A stretch of DNA of 56,072 nt from a virus. Lineage: Duplodnaviria; Caudoviricetes. The stretch spans positions 1 through 56,072 of the IMG/VR virus record IMGVR_UViG_3300042346_000589; one strand, 5' to 3'. The notes beneath the pieces were generated by a model. That model did not search any database and was not told the origin of the DNA. It saw only the letters and a list, made by a program, of their open reading frames with translations. The translations under genes and the position numbers were made by a program. Below, in pieces: positions 39,121-46,577 of this stretch; within the stretch, counting starts at the first letter, position 1, and each line of letters opens with the position of its first letter.

Positions 39121-39196
39121 GTAATCTATTTATGCCTAACTATACTATATAGGCAAAAATTTTATTTACAAGGTATATCAACAAATAAAATTTTTC

Positions 39197-39226
39197 TTGA
39201 CAGGAACCTGTCCAAAATGGTACAGT
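39197..39226 (+). promoter_or_regulatory. possible sigma70 promoter for the HNH gene
   Basis: TTGACA-N18-TACAGT. Confidence 0.4.
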
Positions 39227-39265
39227 ATTTTAACCAATAAATAGATTTATTTATACATTGAAATT

Positions 39266-39994
39266 ATGAAGAGATGTACAGTTTGTAAAATAGAAAAGAA
39301 TTTGGATGATTTTCATCCGCATCCGAGATATAAATACGGAGTTAGGGCACAATGTAAAGAATGCCGGTCGCAACTAGGTAAAGAATATTATGAAGCAAAT
39401 AAGGAAGAATGTTTAAGTAGATGTGCAGATTATAGACAAAATAATAAAGAAAAAAGAAAACAAACATGTGATAACTATAGAAATAATAATAAACACAAAG
39501 CTAGAGAATATTATTTGCATATACGAACAACAAAGAAGTATAAAGATTACGTAAAAAAATATAGAGAAAAAAACAAGGCAATAATACAAAACATGTCAAG
39601 GCATAGGGAAAAAGTTTTGTATGACACAAACCCATTATATAGAATTAAAAAACTAATTAGATGGCATATTAGACAATCTATAAAATTATTTACTGGTGAG
39701 AAATTGACAACATCTTCATCCGTTCTTGGGTGTACATACGCAGAATTTATAATATATATAGATAACAAATTCACGGATGGAATGTCTTGGGATAATAGAC
39801 ACGAATGGCACCTAGATCACATAGTTCCTATATCTTTTGCTAAAGATGTAGACGAAGTTCTTAAATTAAATCATTATACTAATTTTAGACCTCTATGGGC
39901 TAAAGATAATTTATCAAAGGGTAATACCATTACTACCGAATCATTAAACCATCCATTATTTATTGAGATAATGGAGAATAGGATAAAAACATGA
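39266..39994 (+). CDS. HNH endonuclease with N-terminal zinc finger
   Basis: CTVC...CKEC; GMSWDN..EWHLDHIVP, NHYTN.RPLW..DN..KG. Confidence 0.85.
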   Translation: MKRCTVCKIEKNLDDFHPHPRYKYGVRAQCKECRSQLGKEYYEANKEECLSRCADYRQNNKEKRKQTCDNYRNNNKHKAREYYLHIRTTKKYKDYVKKYREKNKAIIQNMSRHREKVLYDTNPLYRIKKLIRWHIRQSIKLFTGEKLTTSSSVLGCTYAEFIIYIDNKFTDGMSWDNRHEWHLDHIVPISFAKDVDEVLKLNHYTNFRPLWAKDNLSKGNTITTESLNHPLFIEIMENRIKT

Positions 39995-40212
39995 CTGAAA
40001 AAGAATTTTGTATATGGCTAAAAGGATATATTGAAATACATCAATTTACACCAAATGCCACAGAATGGGGAGTTATTTGTAAAAAACTAGAAGAAGTATC
40101 CGATGTCAAACCAACACAAATTCCACTTGGGCAAATAAAAAGGGGAGAAATACTTGGTAATCCACAATGGGGCCAAGGTGGAATACTAATGACAAATAAT
40201 CCAACTTGTTAA
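39991..40212 (+). CDS. hypothetical protein
   Basis: MT..EF..WLKGY.E; ATGA overlap with the HNH stop. Confidence 0.65.
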   Translation: MTEKEFCIWLKGYIEIHQFTPNATEWGVICKKLEEVSDVKPTQIPLGQIKRGEILGNPQWGQGGILMTNNPTC

Positions 40213-40217
40213 CAAAA

Positions 40218-40236
40218 TGGGGGCATAATGCCCCCA
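40218..40236. terminator. hairpin between convergent genes (intrinsic terminator)
   Basis: TGGGGGCA-TAA-TGCCCCCA, with AAAA on the 5' side (U-tract on the minus strand). Confidence 0.65.
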
Positions 40237-40242
40237 AACTGT

Positions 40243-40527
40243 TTAAGGGTTCCTGCTCAATTTTTCATGCATATTTGTTCCAGGTGCTTTTTCTGCAATT
40301 CTGGACAGAACCTCTGTAAATCCTGCATCATGTTTTTTTACACCAATTTTGTGTGCATCAACCCATAATTGGGCAGAAAAAACTTTTTGTTCAACTGTTC
40401 CTATTGAACCACAATTTGGACAGGGTTCCGTTTCAGGAACTTTCATGTCCCGAATTGGGTTCAATTTTTCAAATCTGTGTTCACATTTGTTACAAGAAAA
40501 TTCGTATAATGGCATAGTATGTTTCAA
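40243..40527 (-). CDS. FmdB-family zinc-ribbon protein
   Basis: MPLYEFSC.KC.H.FE...CPNCGS; the true start is probably the internal MPLY. Confidence 0.8.
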   Translation of the reverse strand: MKHTMPLYEFSCNKCEHRFEKLNPIRDMKVPETEPCPNCGSIGTVEQKVFSAQLWVDAHKIGVKKHDAGFTEVLSRIAEKAPGTNMHEKLSRNP

Positions 40528-40545
40528 AAATAGTTTATAGTAATA

Positions 40546-40686
40546 CTATATATCTATTTTGAAAGTTGCTAAAATATACCTATTTGTATCATAAAAATTA
40601 AATAACATTTCGACAATCCAATATGAAGAACTGGTTATAGCAATTATACCAGATTCTTTTTCTTTGATACAATATTTTGTTTTCAT
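40546..40686 (-). CDS. hypothetical protein (46 aa)
   Basis: Manual translation MKTKYCIKEKESGIIAITSSSYW...; ATG abuts the upstream stop. Confidence 0.35.
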   Translation of the reverse strand: MKTKYCIKEKESGIIAITSSSYWIVEMLFNFYDTNRYILATFKIDI

Positions 40687-40890
40687 TTATCCACCATTAA
40701 CTTTAGCAAAATAGGAAAGAACTATAACAATCCATGTCAAAGGTGATGCGAGTATTGATGTAATTATATTTAATATATTGAACCATAATCCTTTAATACC
40801 ATCAATAATTGCCGCCAATACTGCTAAACCCATACTCAAAATAATTACTGGTACAAATAAAAATGCCCATCCAATTAAATCATTATACAT
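40687..40890 (-). CDS. small membrane protein (two hydrophobic segments)
   Basis: Hydrophobic 67-aa ORF. Confidence 0.55.
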   Translation of the reverse strand: MYNDLIGWAFLFVPVIILSMGLAVLAAIIDGIKGLWFNILNIITSILASPLTWIVIVLSYFAKVNGG

Positions 40891-40955
40891 AATAGTGTCT
40901 CAAATAAATAATGACATTATATTAACACACATTTTAAAAAATGTAAAGAGAATCA

Positions 40956-41384
40956 ATGGATACATTTGAGCATGGTGAATTTTTGCCCATACAGGTTGAG
41001 GATACCTCAACAGAGTTGGCCGAAATTGGATCAATAAGTGACATAGAAGAAGACTATCAAAAAACCCGCACCAATATTTATGATTTGTTGGAAAAGGGCA
41101 AGGAAGGGCTTGAGGTGGCTTTATCCATGGTTTCTGCAACAGAATCCCCAAGAAGTATCGAAGTTTTTTCAACTTTGCTCCGAACATTGGCAGATACCAA
41201 TCTACAACTGCTGGAAATCCAGAAAAAACACCATGATATGAGTGTTGCCACAAAAGTTATTCAACAAGAAAATGCCACAAATATAAATAACCAAACTATT
41301 AACCAAACTGTTTTTGCCGGAACTACTTCAGATTTGGCAAAATTACTTGCTACAATGAAGGAAAAAGACTATGAGCCAAAGTGA
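40956..41384 (+). CDS. gp16: terminase small subunit gp16
   Basis: DY...R.N.Y.L.EKG.E.L......A.ESPR..EV...L...AD...LL..QK, F.G.T.DL.K.L. Confidence 0.88.
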   Translation: MDTFEHGEFLPIQVEDTSTELAEIGSISDIEEDYQKTRTNIYDLLEKGKEGLEVALSMVSATESPRSIEVFSTLLRTLADTNLQLLEIQKKHHDMSVATKVIQQENATNINNQTINQTVFAGTTSDLAKLLATMKEKDYEPK

Positions 41385-42015
41385 ACTAGATAAATGTGCA
41401 AAAGATTTTAACTATTTTTTCGATAATTACGTTAAAATATCTACAAATGGATTAGTTGAAAATATTGAAAAAATAACTCCATTCCAAAAAATCATTATTT
41501 CGGCAACCGAAACATCTGATAAAAATATTATTGAAAAATATACCAGGGGAAGTGGCGCAACATTTGTATCTGTAGCAAAATTTCTACATATGGCTATGTT
41601 TAATGTCAATAAAACATATATCATTTTTACGACAAAATTGGATGCATTGGCCAATATCCAACATACAATAAAATTGATCCATGATCGATTCCCAAATTGG
41701 TTGAAAACTATTGCAATAGAAAATGCAAATAGAGATCATTACAAATTCTCAACCAATTCTGTAATCAAATTTTCTTTATATAAAGAGTCTGCTCTAATAT
41801 TCTGTAGAAAGATTGATTACATATATATGGATGAACCAGCCATGGCAACAGGATTTAATAAAGATTTTTGGGTAGCTTTACAAAATCTTGCAAATCAAAC
41901 CAAATGTGGGCAATTAATTGTATCAACTGAACCAACAACTGTTTCATTGTGGGACAAATTATGTAAACATGCTGTAACAAATAAAATAGATTTTACATAT
42001 TCTTGGGAACAATAA
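41371..42015 (+). CDS. truncated terminase-large-subunit ATPase paralog with degenerate Walker A
   Basis: KC.KD..YF..NYVKI, PFQ, RGSGAT in place of RQxGKT, P.WL, YIYMDE Walker B, IVST motif III; no nuclease domain. Confidence 0.65.
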   Translation: MSQSELDKCAKDFNYFFDNYVKISTNGLVENIEKITPFQKIIISATETSDKNIIEKYTRGSGATFVSVAKFLHMAMFNVNKTYIIFTTKLDALANIQHTIKLIHDRFPNWLKTIAIENANRDHYKFSTNSVIKFSLYKESALIFCRKIDYIYMDEPAMATGFNKDFWVALQNLANQTKCGQLIVSTEPTTVSLWDKLCKHAVTNKIDFTYSWEQ

Positions 42016-42041
42016 TTAAATATAACATATAGGAGTAATAT

Positions 42042-42527
42042 ATGAATAAAACGTTTAAACAATTTATTAATAAACTATATGAAGGTGTTCACCCCTATAT
42101 AGAAACCCATATTAAACAAAAATTATCCAACAATGATTTAGAACCATCAGAATTGCATCATTTAGCCAATCACCATGACAGATTGGTTAGAATTGAAGTA
42201 GCAAAACACAGAAATGTTGATCAAACTACTTTAAACAAATTACATGATGATTCAGACCATTCTGTACAATTGGCCGTTGCATCAAATCCAAAGACACATG
42301 CAAATGACTTACACAATTTGTCTATGTCAACATCATCTTATACAAAAGCCGCTGTGGCAGCAAATCCAAATACTGCATCCAGTACATTACATAATTTGTC
42401 AAAAGATTCCAATGTATTTGTTAGGGACGCAATTGCATCAAATAAAAATACTACAACAACTACCAGAAATTCAATGAAGTCTTCTTCGCATAATGATGAC
42501 ACAATTGACAGGAAATTGGCAAAATAA
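42042..42527 (+). CDS. LRV/HEAT-like repeat protein, candidate internal head protein
   Basis: RBS AGGAG; MNKTFKQFI...YE; four ~24-aa repeats L..L..D....VR.AVA.NP.T. Confidence 0.7.
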   Translation: MNKTFKQFINKLYEGVHPYIETHIKQKLSNNDLEPSELHHLANHHDRLVRIEVAKHRNVDQTTLNKLHDDSDHSVQLAVASNPKTHANDLHNLSMSTSSYTKAAVAANPNTASSTLHNLSKDSNVFVRDAIASNKNTTTTTRNSMKSSSHNDDTIDRKLAK

Positions 42528-42988
42528 TGGCATCAAAAATCAAATATTACAGAAATAATCCACTTTTAAAAGGTGTTGGTGTACAACTTGATTACACCGC
42601 TGACCAAATTGAAGAATATTTGAAATGCAAAGATGACCCAATCTATTTTATCAAAAACTACGTTAAAATCGTACATGTGGATAAAGGTTTGGTCAATTTT
42701 GAGTTATATGATTATCAAGAAGAATTTGTTAATTTATTAAATGATAACACCAAAGTTGTTGCCGCAATGGGAAGACAATTGGGTAAGTGTTTTTTGTATG
42801 TTACTGATATTACTATAAAAAATCCATCATATAATAAAGGATTGCCATTAAAAATAAAAGTTGGCGACTTTTATTTGTGGATGAAACACTGCAACACCAT
42901 GACAGATTGGAAATCGTTTTGTGATAAATACTTATGTATCCAAAACAACCCAACTATACAAAATGATAACATTACAACAAGCAATTGA
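42527..42988 (+). CDS. gp17: terminase large subunit gp17 N-terminal fragment (aa 1-87) fused to split-intein N part
   Basis: Y..NPLLK, EY.KC..DP.YF..NY.KI, Y.YQ, GRQLGK then Cys88 (CFLYVTDITIK). Confidence 0.9.
   Translation: MASKIKYYRNNPLLKGVGVQLDYTADQIEEYLKCKDDPIYFIKNYVKIVHVDKGLVNFELYDYQEEFVNLLNDNTKVVAAMGRQLGKCFLYVTDITIKNPSYNKGLPLKIKVGDFYLWMKHCNTMTDWKSFCDKYLCIQNNPTIQNDNITTSN
42788..42988 (+). mobile_element. split intein N-fragment (IntN, 66 aa)
   Basis: Block A-like CF...T.I.I...KIKVGDFY starting right after the Walker A Lys. Confidence 0.8.
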
Positions 42989-43895
42989 AGATTACTCTAC
43001 TGGCAACTATATAGAATCAAGAGGAACAAAGGCAAAACGGAAGAAAAATGAACAAATATTTGCTGACAAAGAAGAAGGAAAAGATTATTTGGTGTGCAAA
43101 ATATGTGGAATGAAAACTGGAGAATTGACTGGGCATTTATTATACTCCCACAAGATTGACCATAATGAATATAAAAAGGAATTTGGTTTAGAACAACTCA
43201 AATGCCTGACTTTAATAGAAAAAGTAGCAGGAGAAAACAATCCTGGATATAATCACGGAGGAAGATTGTCACCTTTTTCTAAAAAGTTTATAAAGGGTGA
43301 TATATCTGAACAAACAGTAAAAAAATCAATAGATACCAGAACAGCTAATAACAACAATCCAACAACAATAGAATATTGGATGAAAAAAACCAATGGGGAT
43401 GAAGAGCTGGCCAAAGAGTTATTATCAACTAGACAATCGACGTTTTCTCTTGACAAATGTATAGAAAAATTCGGCGAAATTGATGGATTAAAGAGATGGC
43501 AGGATAGACAAAATAAATGGCACACAAATTATAAAAAATCTAATTTTTCAAAAATTTCTCAGGAATTGTTTTGGAGTATATACGATGAATATGATAACAA
43601 TGATTGTGTTTATTTTGCAGAAAATCATAGAATAGATGGAAGAAAAAATTCAGAGTATATTTTAACTTTGGATGTTAATGTTATAAAGCCAGATTTTATA
43701 GATATTGATCGCAAAAAAATAATAGAATTTGATGGCACATATTGGCATGAAGTTCAACAAAACCCTAGAAGAGAATTTGAGAGAGATGCGCAAATTATTG
43801 CTGCTGGATATGATGTAATGCATGTAAAAGAATCTGATTACATGAATAATAAACAAAATGTTGTACAAGATTGTATAAAATTTTTATGCTCCTAA
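42921..43895 (+). CDS. free-standing endonuclease (zinc finger + Vsr/PD-(D/E)XK-like C-terminus), putative homing endonuclease
   Basis: CKICG...HL..H; GENNP; SKISQELF, PDF.D...K.IIEFDG.YWH, RD......GY....V.E; probable ATG at 42963. Confidence 0.75.
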   Translation: MINTYVSKTTQLYKMITLQQAIEDYSTGNYIESRGTKAKRKKNEQIFADKEEGKDYLVCKICGMKTGELTGHLLYSHKIDHNEYKKEFGLEQLKCLTLIEKVAGENNPGYNHGGRLSPFSKKFIKGDISEQTVKKSIDTRTANNNNPTTIEYWMKKTNGDEELAKELLSTRQSTFSLDKCIEKFGEIDGLKRWQDRQNKWHTNYKKSNFSKISQELFWSIYDEYDNNDCVYFAENHRIDGRKNSEYILTLDVNVIKPDFIDIDRKKIIEFDGTYWHEVQQNPRREFERDAQIIAAGYDVMHVKESDYMNNKQNVVQDCIKFLCS

Positions 43896-43900
43896 AGATG

Positions 43901-43929
43901 TTGACAACCACTATTAGTTGTTATATAAT
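43901..43929 (+). promoter_or_regulatory. perfect-consensus sigma70 promoter
   Basis: TTGACA-N17-TATAAT immediately upstream of the GIY-YIG gene. Confidence 0.75.
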
Positions 43930-43957
43930 AAACAATTTATAATTGGAGATAAGTGAA

Positions 43958-44848
43958 ATGAAATATGGTTATGTATATCTAACAACAAATACTATTAATG
44001 GTATGAGGTATATTGGTCAGCATCGCAGTAACAAATTAGACTTAAACTATATTGGTTCTGGATCAGCATTGAAATTGGCAATCAGAGAATATGGCAAGGA
44101 AGCTTTTACATGTGAAATCATAGAATGGTGCGACTCACAACAATCTTTGGATGATAGGGAAATATTTTGGTTGTTGGATACTAATGCGGCGATGTCACCA
44201 GAGTTCTATAATAGGACTGATAGAACTTCTTATACATTTAGAGGTAAAGATTATTATCCAATAATAGATATAGAAAAACCAATATTGAAAACAATGGATT
44301 GTTTGATTTTTGATGAGCATTTTTATAGTATGAATCATATTAGAACCAAATATGTATTTACCAATAAACAAATTAAATATAAATTAGGCGATCCAAATGA
44401 AAAAGATTGGATACCATTAACTGACAAAATAATCAAACAATCTATTGAACAGTATAACAAAATAACTAAATATAGAGAAGAATCTGTCACAAGATTTAGA
44501 GAGATTCAAAAAAAGCATGTGTATGATATAAATAGAAATCCAGAAAAAATTGCAAAAACTGCGGCCAAGCATACTGGAATGAAAAGAAGTGATGCAGCAA
44601 AGAAGAATATGTCTGAATCATCATGGATTAGGAAAAATGGAGCAAGGAATAAAGGAACAAAAATATATCATAATATAGAGTTAAAGATTCTTAAAGAATT
44701 TAGAGAAACAGATGTAATTCCATGTGGATGGAATATTGGCACAGGCAGAAAAATATATTATAACCCAGTTACAGGAAAAAATAAACAGTTGTTCCCATGG
44801 GAAGTAACAGAAGGGTTAATACAAGGTAGGCATGTCAAACGCGAATAA
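43958..44848 (+). CDS. Seg-like GIY-YIG homing endonuclease
   Basis: RBS GGAG before MKYGYVY (ATG 43958); GYVY.TTN..NG..YIGQH, Y.GSG, YGKE.F, E..W, FYN; NUMOD3-like G.KRS...K.NMS. Confidence 0.85.
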   Translation: MKYGYVYLTTNTINGMRYIGQHRSNKLDLNYIGSGSALKLAIREYGKEAFTCEIIEWCDSQQSLDDREIFWLLDTNAAMSPEFYNRTDRTSYTFRGKDYYPIIDIEKPILKTMDCLIFDEHFYSMNHIRTKYVFTNKQIKYKLGDPNEKDWIPLTDKIIKQSIEQYNKITKYREESVTRFREIQKKHVYDINRNPEKIAKTAAKHTGMKRSDAAKKNMSESSWIRKNGARNKGTKIYHNIELKILKEFRETDVIPCGWNIGTGRKIYYNPVTGKNKQLFPWEVTEGLIQGRHVKRE

Positions 44849-45194
44849 AAAATTTATCGATGAAATATCTTTGCCCCAAGGATGGGAAATCCTTTCCGAT
44901 GATGGGTGGCAACCAATTTCAACCATATATAAAACAATTCCATATCAAGTTTGGAGAATGGAATTGCAAAATGGGTTGTATCTGGATTGTGCAGATACTC
45001 ATATAATATTTGACGAATATTTGAATGAAATCTATGTAAAAGATGTTGTACCATTTGTTACCAAAATTTCGACCGAATTCGGTCCCAGATTGGTCACAAA
45101 ATTGGAAACATTTGATGTTACAGAAAATATGTATGATATTTCGGTGGAATCTCCCACCCATAGATTTTATTCTAATGGTATATTATCTCATAAT
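44832..45194 (+). mobile_element. split intein C-fragment (IntC, 121 aa)
   Basis: ILS.DGW, block B CADTH, block F MYDISV, block G FYSNGILSHN, followed by Thr. Confidence 0.88.
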
Positions 45195-46574
45195 ACCACA
45201 ACAGTTTCTGCATATTTCCTATGGTATTCAATATTTAATCCAGATAAAACCTGTGCAATTCTTGCCAATAAAAGGGTTACAGCATTTGAAATTTTGGACA
45301 AAGTTCAAAAAGCATATACACATTTACCAATATGGTTACAAAGTGGTGTTGTAGAATTTAATAAATCCAGGATGGTGTTAGAAAATGGATCAAGAATAAT
45401 AGCAGAGGCAACATCTTCTGCTGCAATTCGTGGATTTTCAATAAATATGCTGCTACTTGATGAATTTTCGTTTGTTCCATCAGCAATGGCGAATGAATTT
45501 TTTACTGCTGTATTTCCAACTATATCATCTGGTAAAGATACTAGAGTATATATGGTTTCAACACCATTAGGGTTAAATCATTTTTATAAATTTTACAATG
45601 ATGCTGTTTTAGGTTTAAATGGATTTGCTCACATTCATATAAAATGGGATAGGCATCCAGATCGTGACGCGAAATGGGAAGAAAATCAGCGAAAAATTCT
45701 GGGAGATTTAAAATTTTCCCAAGAGATGGAAGCAGATTTTCAAGGGTCGTCAAATACATTATTAAACTCCACTTGTATTAAAAATTTGGTCTATAAGACC
45801 CCAGTATTAATAAATGATTGTTTAAAAATATATCAACCACCGATTGAGGGAAATTTGTATGTAATGACTGTTGACGTATCTCGTGGACAAAGTTTGGACT
45901 ATTCTGCTTTCAAAATATTTGATATAACGGATAGTCCCTATAGAGTTGTAGCAAATTATAATTCAAACGAGATTCCACCAATATTATATCCAAATGTTAT
46001 TCATAAGGTAGCAAAGGATTATAACGAATGTTATGTATTGATAGAATTGAATGATATAGGTTCCCAAGTTATAGATATTTTGCATACAGATTTGGAATAT
46101 GAAAATGTATTATATTCTACAGATGGTATGATAACAGAATGGGGAAAAATGGGTAAAGCTGGGTTAAGGACTACTCAAAGATCAAAACGAATTGGATGCA
46201 GTGCATTGAAATCATTGATGGAAAATCATAAATTGATTGATAATGATTTTGATACAATTGTACAATTATCCACATTTATTGCAACAAAAACATCATTTGA
46301 GGCAGATTCTGGTTGCCATGATGATTTGGTCATGTGTTTAGTATTATTTGCATATTTAAGCACACAACAATTCTTCAAGGATGTAACAAATGTAAATATT
46401 AGGAATATGATTTATGAAAACCAAATGACCAGAATTGAAAATGAGTTGACCCCATATGGTTATATTGATAATGGTATAGACACCATAGAACCAGATTTGG
46501 ATATAGTTGGTAAAGAAGTTTGGATACCAGCAAACCAATCTTATTCAGATTTTATAAAAGACTATTGGAATTAA
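44832..46574 (+). CDS. gp17: split-intein C part (121 aa) fused to the remainder of terminase large subunit gp17
   Basis: ILSHN|TTTVSAY; ILANK, LP.WLQ, ENGS, AIRG, LLLDEF.F, STP.G.NHFY, F.QE, VDVSRG...DYS, HDDLVM. Confidence 0.92.
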   Translation: MSNANKKFIDEISLPQGWEILSDDGWQPISTIYKTIPYQVWRMELQNGLYLDCADTHIIFDEYLNEIYVKDVVPFVTKISTEFGPRLVTKLETFDVTENMYDISVESPTHRFYSNGILSHNTTTVSAYFLWYSIFNPDKTCAILANKRVTAFEILDKVQKAYTHLPIWLQSGVVEFNKSRMVLENGSRIIAEATSSAAIRGFSINMLLLDEFSFVPSAMANEFFTAVFPTISSGKDTRVYMVSTPLGLNHFYKFYNDAVLGLNGFAHIHIKWDRHPDRDAKWEENQRKILGDLKFSQEMEADFQGSSNTLLNSTCIKNLVYKTPVLINDCLKIYQPPIEGNLYVMTVDVSRGQSLDYSAFKIFDITDSPYRVVANYNSNEIPPILYPNVIHKVAKDYNECYVLIELNDIGSQVIDILHTDLEYENVLYSTDGMITEWGKMGKAGLRTTQRSKRIGCSALKSLMENHKLIDNDFDTIVQLSTFIATKTSFEADSGCHDDLVMCLVLFAYLSTQQFFKDVTNVNIRNMIYENQMTRIENELTPYGYIDNGIDTIEPDLDIVGKEVWIPANQSYSDFIKDYWN

Positions 46575-46577
46575 CAG

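Noticed and set aside
42788-45194. Group I intron explanation for the interrupted terminase
   Set aside because: The interval is almost fully protein coding with no room for a ribozyme core, and intein motifs at both junctions restore Walker A exactly
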